A stretch of DNA of 64,000 nt from Pseudomonadota bacterium. Its GTDB lineage: Bacteria > Pseudomonadota > Alphaproteobacteria > Reyranellales > Reyranellaceae. The DNA is taken from the NCBI GenBank assembly GCA_023386865.1, contig JAEWIV010000191.1:2665-66664 (forward strand), read 5' to 3'. The translations under genes were made by a program, and so were the position numbers. The notes under the pieces were generated by a model. That model did no database searches, had not been told where the DNA came from, and saw only the letters and a program-made list of their open reading frames with translations. Shown piece after piece: positions 32,661-44,109 of the stretch (its first letter is position 1; every line of letters starts with the position of its first letter).

Positions 32661-33419
32661 ATGACCAGCATGAAGGACCGTATTCATAAGACCAAGGACC
32701 TGCTCGGCGGATATCTCTGCCTGATCCCTTCCGCCGTCGTGACCCAGGCCGTCGCCGCAGGGGGCGCCGACTGGCTGGTGATCGATCAGGAACATGCGCC
32801 GACCGACATGGAAAAGCTACATTCGATGGTTGCGGCGACCGCCGGCACCACGTGCTCGCCGTGGGTGCGCGTCGCCAAGTGCGACGAGGCGTACGTGAAA
32901 TCCGCGCTCGACGCCGGTGCCGAGGGCATCATGTTTCCATTGGTCCGCACCGCTGCGGAAGCCGCCGATTGCGTCGCCTTCACGCGCTATCCGCCGCAGG
33001 GTCGACGGGGCTGGGGGCCGTTCATCGCGCACTCGCGCTGGGGTGTCGAGTTGCACGACTATCTGCCCGCGCGCGGCCGCGAGACCGTGTGCGGCCTCCT
33101 CATCGAAACCAAGGCCGCCGTCGACAACATCGAGGAGATCTGCGCCGTCGAGGGCATCGACTATATGATCGTCGCAACCTTCGACCTGTCGACCGAACTC
33201 GGCGTGCCCGGCAAGTTCGACGCACCGATCCTGCTCGAGGCGGTGAAGCATGTCGAACGGGCGGTTCTGAAGGCGAATATCGCGCTCGGCGCGGCTGCGC
33301 TCACGCGCGAGCAAGCGCAGGACAATATCCGCCGCGGCCACCGGCTCCTCGTCTACGGGTTCGATGTGCTGGTACTCAAGAACCACGTGCGGCAGGCCAG
33401 GGAGTGGGCACGCACCTAG
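32661..33419 (+). CDS. HpcH/HpaI aldolase family
   Basis: IDQEHAP, ALDAGA.GI..P, RYPP.G.RG and LIET..AV.N motifs. Confidence 0.88.
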   Translation: MTSMKDRIHKTKDLLGGYLCLIPSAVVTQAVAAGGADWLVIDQEHAPTDMEKLHSMVAATAGTTCSPWVRVAKCDEAYVKSALDAGAEGIMFPLVRTAAEAADCVAFTRYPPQGRRGWGPFIAHSRWGVELHDYLPARGRETVCGLLIETKAAVDNIEEICAVEGIDYMIVATFDLSTELGVPGKFDAPILLEAVKHVERAVLKANIALGAAALTREQAQDNIRRGHRLLVYGFDVLVLKNHVRQAREWART

Positions 33420-33518
33420 CCGCGGTGCTTGCCGCGCAGGGCACGCTGCGTGCCGACGACTCCACCTGCGGGTGGCTGGCCGTAGAGACCATCTCGCCGT
33501 TCCGCCAGCCGAGCGCGC

Positions 33519-33546
33519 TTGACGGCGCCAACAAGGGGTATAAGGT
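33519..33546 (+). promoter_or_regulatory. Candidate sigma70 promoter TTGACG-N16-TAAGGT
   Basis: Lies just upstream of the palindromic operator and the cupin gene. Confidence 0.45.
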
Positions 33547-33552
33547 CTCGAT

Positions 33553-33568
33553 TAGACCGATCGGTCTA
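33553..33568. promoter_or_regulatory. NemR-box-like TetR operator
   Basis: Perfect palindrome TAGACCGATCGGTCTA, matching the TAGACC-N4-GGTCTA NemR-type box. Confidence 0.8.
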
Positions 33569-33588
33569 GTACGGAAAAAGGAGGAAAT

Positions 33589-33975
33589 ATGCGGGTCGCC
33601 AAGGATCAAGTAGACATCAAGATGCAAATCCCCGGTGCCATCATCCGTCAGCGCACGGATTTCGGTGATGCCGGCAGTTTCGGCAAGATCAGCGGCGAGT
33701 ACTTCACCCTGGCCAAGGGCGTGGACACCACCCCTCTGTTCCAAGGGCTCGAAGGAAACCTATGTCAGTGCCCTCATTGGGGCTTCGTGCTGCACGGCCA
33801 GCTCACCACCACGGATCGGGCGGGCAAACAGGAGACAGTGAGCGCCAACGATCTGTTCTACTGGCCACCGGGGCACAACGTCAGGGTCGATGCCGACGCC
33901 GAGATCATCATGTTCAGCCCCCAACATGAGCACAGCCACGTCATCAACCACATGATCGAGAAGACGAGGGGCTAG
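33589..33975 (+). CDS. Cupin domain protein
   Basis: CQCPHWGFVL.G and FYWPPGH motifs, strong AAGGAGG RBS. Confidence 0.8.
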   Translation: MRVAKDQVDIKMQIPGAIIRQRTDFGDAGSFGKISGEYFTLAKGVDTTPLFQGLEGNLCQCPHWGFVLHGQLTTTDRAGKQETVSANDLFYWPPGHNVRVDADAEIIMFSPQHEHSHVINHMIEKTRG

Positions 33976-34063
33976 ACTCGCCCGCTGGCGCCCGGAGAGA
34001 GTATCCTTCGGGCGCAGAGCTGCGGACCGTCCGTCCCCGCAGCCCGATGTCCATAGCGGTGCA

Positions 34064-34735
34064 ATGATACATTCAACCAAGCAACGTTTGATCGAGGCCG
34101 GCCTCCTCATGCTTCTAAAGCAGGGCTACAACAACCTCGGCATCCAGGCGCTGCTCGCCGCGACGGGAACGCCCAAGGGCTCCTTCTACCATCACTTCAC
34201 GGACAAGGAGGATTTTGCGCTGCAGGTCATCGACGCCTACATAACGCAAGTCCATGCAGGCCTCGATGCCTGTCTGCAGGACGAGGAACGACCTCCTCTT
34301 GAGCGGGTGCGGCGGTTTTTCGAGATGACGCAGCAGGCATACGAGAAGGAGGGCTACATGGGGTGCCTCCTTGGTGGGCTCGGACAGGAACTCTCGGGCG
34401 TCAGCGAGGTGTTCCGGCGCAAGATCGAGTGGTGCTTTTCGGCAATCGCTGACCGCATGGCCGTCTGCCTCGAAGAGGCGCGCCTGAGAGGAGAGATCCC
34501 AACCCAGTGCGATGTGCGCCAGATGGCGGACCTCTTGGTCGACTGCTGGGAGGGGGCAGCCCTGCGCAGCCGGCTACGGCGCAATCCCGCGTCGTTGAAT
34601 GCGATGCTCGATTTCTACATCCGCTCCGTGGCCACGGCGGGCGAAGTCGAAAGCAGCAGAAGGGGATCGCCGCTCACGCAAGCAACCGCCAAGTCCGGGA
34701 GACGCTCATCGCCGTCTGCGCCGCAAAAGCGTTGA
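34064..34735 (+). CDS. TetR family regulator, NemR-like (6 Cys)
   Basis: PKGSFYHHF.DKE HTH, GCLLG.L.QE and WEGA.LR motifs. Confidence 0.88.
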   Translation: MIHSTKQRLIEAGLLMLLKQGYNNLGIQALLAATGTPKGSFYHHFTDKEDFALQVIDAYITQVHAGLDACLQDEERPPLERVRRFFEMTQQAYEKEGYMGCLLGGLGQELSGVSEVFRRKIEWCFSAIADRMAVCLEEARLRGEIPTQCDVRQMADLLVDCWEGAALRSRLRRNPASLNAMLDFYIRSVATAGEVESSRRGSPLTQATAKSGRRSSPSAPQKR

Positions 34736-34873
34736 AGGCGGCCGTCAGGTCGCTGGCGGCCTCACGGAGTTGCCGCGTCGGAGCATGGCCATAGTGGAAT
34801 GAGTGTTGCAGGACGGTATTGTGGGCCCAGCTGTTCGAGCTGGACTCATAATGCCCGAGCAAGCGGGAATGGT

Positions 34874-34949
34874 TGGTAGGCCCGGCAGGATTCGAACCTG
34901 CGACATAACCGTTATGAGCGGCTCGTTCTAACCACTGAACTACGGGCCC
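34874..34949 (-). tRNA. tRNA with CAT anticodon, probably tRNA-Ile2 (lysidine type)
   Basis: GGGCCCG acceptor stem, GCCG-CTCATAA-CGGT anticodon arm, GGTTCGAATCC T-loop and encoded CCA; 76 nt. Confidence 0.92.
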
Positions 34950-35040
34950 ATGCTCAGGCCCGCCTTCTAACGCACAATTTGTCCAGCGGGAACAGCGAAC
35001 AGGGCTTGCCCTCGCGATTCGGCCTCGTCTGCCGCGCTGC

Positions 35041-35748
35041 CTATTCCGCGGGCGGCACGAACATGTAGCCGACACCGCGCACCGTGCGAATGACGGTGGG
35101 CTTGTCGGGCGTCGGCTCGATCTTGCGCCGGATGCGGGTGATGCGGAGATCGATCGCGCGGTCGAACGGGTCGCGGCTGCGGTGGCTGGTCGTCTCCAGC
35201 AGCCAGTCGCGCGACAGCGGCCGGTTGGGGTGCTCGGCGAAGGTCTTCAGGATGTCGAACTCGCCCGAGGTCAGGGCGACATCCTTGCCGTTGGTGTCCA
35301 GGAGCTGGCGCTTGGGCAGGTCGAGCGTGTGCTGGCCCATGCGCACGCGTTCCAGCAGCGACGGCGTCGACTTGTTGACCGAACGGCGCAGCACGCTCTT
35401 GCAGCGGGCGAGAAGCTCGCGCGGCTCGTAGGGCTTCGCGACATAGTCGTCGGCGCCGCTCTCGAGGCCCAGCACCTTGTCGACCGAATCGCCCGAGGCG
35501 GTCAGCATGATGATGCCGACCTTGGTGCTGCTTTCGCGCAGCCAGCGGGCGAGCGCGAAGCCGTCCTCCTGGCCGGGAAGCTGCACGTCGAGCAGGACGA
35601 GGTCCGGCATGGCGCGCGAAATCTGGCGGCGCATCTGCGCGCCGTTCTCGACGGCGATCACCTTAAGGTCGTGGTTCATCAAATAGGTCTCGGCCGCCTT
35701 GCGCTGAAACGCGTCGTCCTCAACCAGCAGAATGGAGGGTTGCAGCAT
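35041..35748 (-). CDS. OmpR family response regulator
   Basis: VEDD, LLDVQLP, GADDYVAKP and IRTVRGVGY motifs. Confidence 0.93.
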   Translation of the reverse strand: MLQPSILLVEDDAFQRKAAETYLMNHDLKVIAVENGAQMRRQISRAMPDLVLLDVQLPGQEDGFALARWLRESSTKVGIIMLTASGDSVDKVLGLESGADDYVAKPYEPRELLARCKSVLRRSVNKSTPSLLERVRMGQHTLDLPKRQLLDTNGKDVALTSGEFDILKTFAEHPNRPLSRDWLLETTSHRSRDPFDRAIDLRITRIRRKIEPTPDKPTVIRTVRGVGYMFVPPAE

Positions 35749-36040
35749 GACTTGATCCGAAATAAATGTTTCTCTAATCCAGACAAAATACCACGCTTTC
35801 TCAATGAGATATAGTCGTTTCTTGATATTTTTGATACAGTAATTTGCCTAATTCGCCACAGGCGCAACACATGTTTTTGCCACCCTTAGAGGCGCGACCC
35901 GGGATGGTCTCTATCCCTAGTTCCAGCGATCCGGACTCTTTTGGGGACGGACGTTGCTGCGAGGCAACGTCAGTCAGCCGATCGGCGCACGGGCAAGGGA
36001 GACGCACCAGGCCGCCACGCTTCGGCGCGGACGAGGAACG

Positions 36041-38113
36041 ATGACAGCCATCACGACCGGGTCGGTCGCCCAGGCCGAGCCAGCCGCGATGGCGAGACAG
36101 GAAGCCTTCGTCCGCGCCGAACTCATTCGCCGGCTGTTCGACGGCTCGGCGCAGTCCCGCTACTTCTCCTTCGTCTTGTGGCCTGTGATCGCAGCCATCT
36201 ACTGGCGTCAGATCGAGCTGATCGAGCTCGCCGGCCCCTTCGTGGCGCATATCGTCGTGACCCTGGGCTTCGACGTCCTGCGACGGAATTTCAACCGCGC
36301 CAACCCGCCCGACGAGCAGGTGATCCGTTGGGGCTGGTGGTTCGCCACTCTTTCCCTGTTGGCCGGCGCCTGTTGGGGAGTCGCGGGCTACATGCTCGCC
36401 TCCAAGGACTACGAGCTGCAGCGCATGCTGCTGGGCTTGGTGCTGCTGGCGACGATCACCACGGCCGTGCCGATCCGCTCGGCGCATCCGCCGACCTTCT
36501 ACACCTTCGCCGGGGCGACGACGGCGCCGCTGCTGTTCGTGCTGCTGATCTCCGCCGATCCGTTCTATCAACTGGTCGGCATCGCCGGCGGCGCCTATGT
36601 CGGCCATCTCATGGCTTACGTGCGCGATGTCCATCGCTGGCAGTACGACAACATCGCATTGGCCTACCAGAAGGAAGACCTCGCCCGCCGACTGCAGGTC
36701 GCCTACGACGAGGCGCGCCATGCCCGCGACCTGGCGCTCGACGCGCAACGCGACGCCGAGAGCGCCAATCAGGCCAAGTCGACCTTTCTGGCCACGATGA
36801 GCCACGAGATCCGCACGCCGATGAACGGTGTCCTGGGCATGATCGACGTGCTGGAGCGCACCGATCTTTCCGCCGAGCAGCGCGACGCGCTCGGCACCGT
36901 GCGCTATTCGGCATCGGCGCTGCTCAAGATCATCGACGACATCCTGGACTTCTCCAAGATCGAGGCCGGGCGCCTGGACCTCGAGCAAATCGAGCTGTCG
37001 TCCGTGGAGCTGATCGAGGGTGCTGCCGAGACCTTGGCGCCGCAGGCGGCGGCCAAGGGCCTGAACCTCGTTGCCTATGTCGCCGCCGACGTGCCCGACC
37101 GAGTGGTCGGCGATCCGCTGCGGCTGCAGCAGATCCTGTTCAATCTGCTGGGCAACGCCATCAAGTTCACCGAGTCGGGGTCGGTGCGCCTGTCGCTCGA
37201 GAATGCCGGCGACGGCATGCTGCGAATCAAGGTTGCCGATACCGGGATCGGCCTCACCGACGAGCAGCGCAGCCGCCTGTTCCAGCCGTTCGTCCAGGCC
37301 GACAGCTCGACCACGCGTCGCTTCGGCGGCACCGGGCTCGGCCTGTCGATCGTGCGCCGCCTTGCCGAAGCCATGCAGGGTGCCGTCGAGGTCGTGAGCC
37401 GGCCGGGGGAGGGCTCGACCTTCATCGTCACCGTGCGGCTCGGCGACGCGGCTCCTGCAGTGCGGGGGGAGTCGCCCCTGAGCGGCCTGTCGCTCGCCGT
37501 TGCCCTCCGCGATGCCGACGAGGCGTGCGCCATCGCCCGCTATCTGGCCGACGCCGGCGCCGAGGTGAAGATCGATCCGGACGACACGTTCGTCGGCATC
37601 CGCATCGCGGGGCATGGAGAAATCTGCCTGCCGCGACCCTATCGTCGTGATGCGCTGGTGCGCGCAGTCGCCCGCGCGGCGGGCCGTGCAAGCGCTGTCG
37701 TCGTCAGCCCGCCGCCGCGCGCGGCACCGCTCAACGGCCGCGTCCTGGTGGTCGACGACAATTCGGTCAACCGCAAGATCCTGGCTCGGCAGCTGGAGCT
37801 GGCCGGCGCCACGACGGATGTCGCGTCCGGCGGAGAGGAGGCGCTCGAGCTGTGGCGCACGGGTCGTTACGACCTGGTGCTGGCCGACCTGCAGATGCCG
37901 ACCATGGACGGCTTCGAGCTCGCCCGCCGCATCCGCGCCAGCGAAGCCGCCGAAAGCCGGCCACGCACGCCGATCCTCGCCGTCACTGCGAGCAGGCTCG
38001 AGGACCAGGAACAGAAGAGCCGCATGGTCGGCATGGACGGCTTCATTACCAAGCCGATCGGCATCGAACAGCTGCGGGCGACACTCGATGTCTGGCTGAA
38101 AGGCGTCAAATGA
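36041..38113 (+). CDS. Membrane hybrid histidine kinase (multi-TM, HisKA, HATPase, degenerate REC, REC)
   Basis: [30 protein letters not shown] and VDDN...DLQMP.MDG motifs. Confidence 0.92.
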   Translation: MTAITTGSVAQAEPAAMARQEAFVRAELIRRLFDGSAQSRYFSFVLWPVIAAIYWRQIELIELAGPFVAHIVVTLGFDVLRRNFNRANPPDEQVIRWGWWFATLSLLAGACWGVAGYMLASKDYELQRMLLGLVLLATITTAVPIRSAHPPTFYTFAGATTAPLLFVLLISADPFYQLVGIAGGAYVGHLMAYVRDVHRWQYDNIALAYQKEDLARRLQVAYDEARHARDLALDAQRDAESANQAKSTFLATMSHEIRTPMNGVLGMIDVLERTDLSAEQRDALGTVRYSASALLKIIDDILDFSKIEAGRLDLEQIELSSVELIEGAAETLAPQAAAKGLNLVAYVAADVPDRVVGDPLRLQQILFNLLGNAIKFTESGSVRLSLENAGDGMLRIKVADTGIGLTDEQRSRLFQPFVQADSSTTRRFGGTGLGLSIVRRLAEAMQGAVEVVSRPGEGSTFIVTVRLGDAAPAVRGESPLSGLSLAVALRDADEACAIARYLADAGAEVKIDPDDTFVGIRIAGHGEICLPRPYRRDALVRAVARAAGRASAVVVSPPPRAAPLNGRVLVVDDNSVNRKILARQLELAGATTDVASGGEEALELWRTGRYDLVLADLQMPTMDGFELARRIRASEAAESRPRTPILAVTASRLEDQEQKSRMVGMDGFITKPIGIEQLRATLDVWLKGVK

Positions 38114-38451
38114 ACCAAAGGCCTCAGCAGGCGTATGACCGTGACAAGCTCGTCGAGTTGTTCGGCGACGATCCGCGGACCCTAGCCGAGGTCGAGCGCG
38201 AGTTCCTGGACACCGCCCGTGAAGCCGCGCGCGAGATCAAGGGCACCGACGACTTCACGGTGATCGCCCATGCCGCCCATCGCTTGAAGGGCGCCTCGGG
38301 CATGATCGGCGCGCTGGCGCTGCGCCAGATCGCCGAGGCCGTCGAGCACGCAGCCAAGGCAGAGGACCTGTCGACCGTGCGCCGGCTGTGCGAGCTGTTC
38401 GACCCCGAGGTCGGCCGCGTCGCCGAGCAGGCCGGTGTGACAGCGGAGTAG
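38110..38451 (+). CDS. Hpt phosphotransfer protein
   Basis: [13 protein letters not shown] motif and an ATGA overlap with the kinase. Confidence 0.9.
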   Translation: MNQRPQQAYDRDKLVELFGDDPRTLAEVEREFLDTAREAAREIKGTDDFTVIAHAAHRLKGASGMIGALALRQIAEAVEHAAKAEDLSTVRRLCELFDPEVGRVAEQAGVTAE

Positions 38452-38489
38452 ACTGCGAGGACGTCGAGGCACGTACGACGCCGCCGGAC

Positions 38490-39383
38490 CTATGCGCGTG
38501 GCCGCAGTTTTATGGTCGCCGAGTAGGACAGGAGGTTGCGGCCATCCTGCTCCAGCAGGCCGCGCACGAAGGCGAGCGACTTGCCGTGGCGCGGCACCTC
38601 TACCCGGGTGGTGATCGGCGTGGTGGCGGTGCCCGCCGAAAGGAACTCGGCGGCGAAGGCCACGGTCGACGGCGCCATGCCGGTGGTGAGCGCGGCGGCG
38701 CGCGTCACCGCCGAATCGGCGAAGCTCATCATGTAGCCGCCATGCAGCACGCCGCCCGAGTTGCACATGCGCGGCAGGGTGGGTTGCACCAGCGAGGCCC
38801 CGTCCGCCTCCTTGCGGGCATAGGAAGGGCCGATATGTCGGGAATAGACGCTGGCGCTCGACAGCAGCTCGAAGCCGGCCGGGACGACCTGGGCAGCGGG
38901 CGCCGGCGCGCTGGCCGCCGTCGCGTCCTTGCGCTCCATCGCCTTGGCGCGCGGTACGTGCCGGCACACGCCGGACCACAGCGCGATGGTGCGGCCCTGC
39001 TGGGTGATGCTGCCGCGGGCGAAGGCGAGCCGGCCCGTCACCTGCAACGGCTCGCCGCTCGCCTCGAGCGGCACGCCGACGCGGCCGGCATCGAGGAACT
39101 CGACGGCGATGCTCACGGTCACGGCGAAGGCGGTGTTGGTGCCGCCATCGGCGGCGCGGCCGGCGACAAGGCAGAGCGCGTAATCGGCGAAAGTCAGCGT
39201 GGCGCCGCCATGCACGCCGCCGGCGTAGTTGCCGTGTCGCTCGTGCGTCGGCAGCACGCAATGCACGCTGCCCGACTGCCGCGCGTCGCCCGTGATGCGA
39301 TAGTAGAAGGGCCCGACATGGTCCTCGAAGGGATCGGGCGGGACGAAGACCGAGTAGCTGCCAAGGTCGATGGAGTCGGGCAT
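38490..39383 (-). CDS. Double hot-dog (PaaI-like) thioesterase
   Basis: Two repeats: N..G.VHGG...TFAD and N..G.LHGG...SFAD. Confidence 0.85.
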   Translation of the reverse strand: MPDSIDLGSYSVFVPPDPFEDHVGPFYYRITGDARQSGSVHCVLPTHERHGNYAGGVHGGATLTFADYALCLVAGRAADGGTNTAFAVTVSIAVEFLDAGRVGVPLEASGEPLQVTGRLAFARGSITQQGRTIALWSGVCRHVPRAKAMERKDATAASAPAPAAQVVPAGFELLSSASVYSRHIGPSYARKEADGASLVQPTLPRMCNSGGVLHGGYMMSFADSAVTRAAALTTGMAPSTVAFAAEFLSAGTATTPITTRVEVPRHGKSLAFVRGLLEQDGRNLLSYSATIKLRPRA

Positions 39384-39480
39384 CCCGAATGGCTCTTGTG
39401 GGTGGCTCTTGTGAAGCTTTGCTGCCGGGCTCTAATAGATGAAATTCCCCGACCGACAAAGAGCCACGGAGCGAAACGTC

Positions 39481-40266
39481 ATGGCGTCGAGAGTGCACAA
39501 GGTCGATATTTCCTGGGATCGCCGGCCCTCAGGCACCGTCGCTAATGTCGTATTCGACAATTCGCGCAAGCTGAATTGCCTGAATCCGCCGGCCTTGCTC
39601 GATCTCACCGAAGCCTTCCAGTCGCTGGCGCGAGAGGACGACCTCAGCGTGGTGGTGCTCTCGGGCGCGGGCGGCCGGGCCCTGATCGGCGGCGCCGACA
39701 TCAATCACATGGTGACCATGAAGGAGTCGGAACATGGCCGGACCTTCCTCACCCAGATCCACAAGTTCTGCCAGGCCATCCGCGACTGCCCGGTGCCGGT
39801 GATCGCCCGCTGCGAAGGCTACACCCTGGGCGCAGGCCTCGAGGTCGCGGCGGCCTGCGACATGCGCATCGCGGCGGACAATGCCTTCTTCGGCATGCCC
39901 GAGGTCAATGTCGGCCTTCCGTCCGTGGTCGAGGCCGCATTGCTGCCGCGCCTGATCGGCTGGGGTCGCACGTCGCGCATGCTGCTGACCGCCGAAACCA
40001 TCGACGCGGCCAAGGCAGAAAGATGGGGGCTGGTCGAGGAGGTCGTCCCGGTCGGCGAGCTCGATGCGGCCATCGAGCGCTCGGTGCATGCCATCGTCGA
40101 AGCGGCGCCGCTCGCGGTGCGCGCCCAGAAGCGCCTGATGCGGCGCTGGGAGCGGCTGTCGATCGACGAGGCCGTGCAGGCGGGCATCGACGCCATGGCT
40201 CAGTCGGTGACGACCGGCGAGCACATCGAACGCATGAGCGCCTTCATCAATCGCAAGAGGAAGTAG
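39481..40266 (+). CDS. Enoyl-CoA hydratase/isomerase family
   Basis: GGADI, GAGLEVAAACD and FGMPEV.VG motifs. Confidence 0.9.
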   Translation: MASRVHKVDISWDRRPSGTVANVVFDNSRKLNCLNPPALLDLTEAFQSLAREDDLSVVVLSGAGGRALIGGADINHMVTMKESEHGRTFLTQIHKFCQAIRDCPVPVIARCEGYTLGAGLEVAAACDMRIAADNAFFGMPEVNVGLPSVVEAALLPRLIGWGRTSRMLLTAETIDAAKAERWGLVEEVVPVGELDAAIERSVHAIVEAAPLAVRAQKRLMRRWERLSIDEAVQAGIDAMAQSVTTGEHIERMSAFINRKRK

Positions 40267-40268
40267 TC

Positions 40269-42086
40269 ATGGGCGAGGGCGCAAAGACAGTCCGGGTCGG
40301 CTGCCATTCGGGCTTCTGGGGAGACACCGAGACAGCCGCCGCCCAGCTCGTGCGCCGCGGCGATGTCGACTACCTGGTGAGCGACTATCTGGCCGAGGTC
40401 ACCATGTCGATCATGGCGGCCCAGAAGATGCGCAACCCGCAGCTCGGCTATGCCACCGACTTCGTGAGCGTCGTCATGGCGCCGCTGGCGCGCGAGATCG
40501 CCGAGAAGAAGATCAAGGTCGTGACCAACGCCGGCGGCGTGAACCCGCAGGCCTGCCGCGACGCGGTGCTGAAAGCCTGCGAGGCGGCCGGCGTCAGCCT
40601 CAAGGTCGCGGTCGTGCTGGGCGACGATCTGCAGCCCAGGATCGACGAGCTGCGCGGCCTCGACATCCGCGAGATGGACACCGGCGCGGCCCTGCCGGCG
40701 AAGATCGCCAGCATGAACGCCTATCTCGGCGGCTTCCCGATCGCCCGCGCGCTCAGCGAAGGCGCCGACGTGGTGATCACGGGCCGCTGCGTCGACTCGG
40801 CGGTGACCTTGGGGGCGCTGATCCACGCCTTCGGTTGGACGATGAACGACCACGACAAGCTCGCGGCCGGCACGCTCTGCGGCCACATCATCGAATGCGG
40901 CGCGCAGTGCAACGGCGGCAACTTCACGGACTGGCGGCTGGTGCCGGGTTACGACGACATGGGCTTCCCGGTAGCCGAGGTCGAGGCGAGCGGTTCGTTC
41001 GTGCTGGGCAAGCCCGAGGGGACCGGCGGGCTGATTACCACCGCCACGGTGGCCGAGCAGATGCTCTACGAGATCGGCGATCCGCGCGCCTACATGGTGC
41101 CGGACGTGGTCTGCGACTTTACCCAGGCGACCTACGAGCAGGTCGGCAAGGACCGCGTGCGCGTGTCGGGCGCCAAGGGCCGGCCGCCGACCGACACCTA
41201 CAAGGTCTCGACCACCTGGCCCGACGGCTACAAGCTCAGCACCATCTTCATGCTGGGCGGTCGCGAGGCGGTCGCCAAAGGCCAGGCGAGCGCCGACGCC
41301 ATCATCAAGAAGACTCGCCGCCTGTTCCGCGAGAGGAACATGGGCGACTACCGCGACGTCTCGATCGAGATCATCGGCGGCGAGGCGACCTACGGCCCCC
41401 ACGCGCGCGCGCAGGACAGCCGCGAGGTCGTGGTCAAGATCGCGGCCAAGCACGACCAGAAAGAGGCACTCGGGCTGCTCGGTCGCGAGATCGCGCCGAT
41501 GGCGACTGGCGGCGTGGTCGGCATGACCGGCAGCTTCGGCGCCGGTCGTGTCTCGCCCTCGCCGGTGATCCGCATGTTCTCCTGCCTGGTGCCCAAGACG
41601 CTGGTGCCGGTGACCGTCGAGCTCGACGGCCGCAGCCTGGTGATGGAGCAGGGCGCCAAGAGCGGCGGCTTCACGGCGGCCGACCTGCCGGCCGAGGCGC
41701 CGCCCGCGCCGCCGCTGCCCACGAGCGGTCCCAATGCCGCCACCGCGACGGTGCCGCTGGTGGCGCTGGCCTACGGCCGCTCGGGCGACAAGGGCGACAA
41801 CGCCAACATCGGCATCTTCGCGCGCCGGCCCGAATACGAGCCCATCCTCGATGCCGAGGTGACGGAAGAGGCGGTGGCCCGGTACTTCGCCCATCGCATC
41901 CAGGGCAAGGTGAGCCGCTGGCGCCTGCCCGGCATCCACGGCTTCAACTTCCTGCTGCGCCAGGCGCTGGGCGGCGGCGGCATGGCCTCGCTCAAGGCCG
42001 ACCCGCTGGCCAAGGCCTTTGCCCAGATGTTGCTGGACATGCCGGTGAGGGTCCCGGCATCGCTGGCCCAAAAACTCGCCGCTTGA
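40269..42086 (+). CDS. AtuA (DUF1446) acyclic terpene utilization family protein
   Basis: SGFWGD, DYLAEVTMSI, GHIIECGAQ..GGN and GRSGDKGD motifs. Confidence 0.9.
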   Translation: MGEGAKTVRVGCHSGFWGDTETAAAQLVRRGDVDYLVSDYLAEVTMSIMAAQKMRNPQLGYATDFVSVVMAPLAREIAEKKIKVVTNAGGVNPQACRDAVLKACEAAGVSLKVAVVLGDDLQPRIDELRGLDIREMDTGAALPAKIASMNAYLGGFPIARALSEGADVVITGRCVDSAVTLGALIHAFGWTMNDHDKLAAGTLCGHIIECGAQCNGGNFTDWRLVPGYDDMGFPVAEVEASGSFVLGKPEGTGGLITTATVAEQMLYEIGDPRAYMVPDVVCDFTQATYEQVGKDRVRVSGAKGRPPTDTYKVSTTWPDGYKLSTIFMLGGREAVAKGQASADAIIKKTRRLFRERNMGDYRDVSIEIIGGEATYGPHARAQDSREVVVKIAAKHDQKEALGLLGREIAPMATGGVVGMTGSFGAGRVSPSPVIRMFSCLVPKTLVPVTVELDGRSLVMEQGAKSGGFTAADLPAEAPPAPPLPTSGPNAATATVPLVALAYGRSGDKGDNANIGIFARRPEYEPILDAEVTEEAVARYFAHRIQGKVSRWRLPGIHGFNFLLRQALGGGGMASLKADPLAKAFAQMLLDMPVRVPASLAQKLAA

Positions 42087-42102
42087 TGTATCCTGTCGGG
42101 CC

Positions 42103-42261
42103 ATGACCGCCCCCTCCAAATCGGTCCCGGAGAAGGACGAACGCAATGAGCGGCTGGCTGCCGCCTTGCGCGAGAACCTCAAGCGGCGTAAGGCGCAGGC
42201 GCGGGTCCGCAAGGACACCGCCAAGACCGACTCTCAGCCCTCTAAAAACCCCGCCAAATGA
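42103..42261 (+). CDS. 52-aa basic small protein (absent from the ORF track)
   Basis: [52 protein letters not shown]. Its stop overlaps the dcd ATG (ATGA). Confidence 0.7.
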   Translation: MTAPSKSVPEKDERNERLAAALRENLKRRKAQARVRKDTAKTDSQPSKNPAK

Positions 42262-42812
42262 CCATCCTCTCCGATCGCTGGATCCGCCGCATGTCGCAGG
42301 AAAAGGGCATGATCGAGCCCTTCGTCGACGCCCAGAAGCGCGAGGGCGTGATCTCCTACGGGCTGTCGTCCTACGGCTACGACGCGCGGGTGGGCAACAA
42401 CTTCAAGATCTTCACCAATGTCGATTCGGCGGTGGTCGATCCGAAGAACTTCGCCGCCAACAGCTTCGTCGACCGCACGACCGACGTCTGCATCATCCCG
42501 CCCAACTCGTTTGCGCTGGCGAGCACCGTGGAATATTTCCGCATTCCGCGCGACGTGCTGGTGATCTGCGTCGGCAAGTCGACCTATGCGCGCTGCGGCA
42601 TCATCGTCAACGTCACGCCGCTCGAGCCCGAGTGGGAGGGCCACGTCACCTTGGAATTCTCCAATACCACGCCCCTGCCGGCGCGCATCTACGCCAACGA
42701 AGGCGCCTGTCAGTTCCTGTTCCTGCAGGGCAACGAGCCTTGCGAGGTCTCCTACCGCGACAAGGCCGGCAAGTACCAGGGCCAGCGCGGCGTCACCTTG
42801 CCGAAGATCTGA
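42258..42812 (+). CDS. dcd: dCTP deaminase
   Basis: [19 protein letters not shown] and TPLEPEWEG motifs. Confidence 0.95.
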   Translation: MTILSDRWIRRMSQEKGMIEPFVDAQKREGVISYGLSSYGYDARVGNNFKIFTNVDSAVVDPKNFAANSFVDRTTDVCIIPPNSFALASTVEYFRIPRDVLVICVGKSTYARCGIIVNVTPLEPEWEGHVTLEFSNTTPLPARIYANEGACQFLFLQGNEPCEVSYRDKAGKYQGQRGVTLPKI

Positions 42813-42825
42813 GGGAGGAGGGACC

Positions 42826-44108
<1,283 letters not shown>

Positions 44109-44109
<1 letters not shown>

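Noticed and set aside
35808..35828. CTTGATAT half-site in the AT-rich spacer of the phosphorelay, resembling a SahR-type box
   Set aside because: Poor symmetry and no link to methionine genes; probably general promoter AT-richness.
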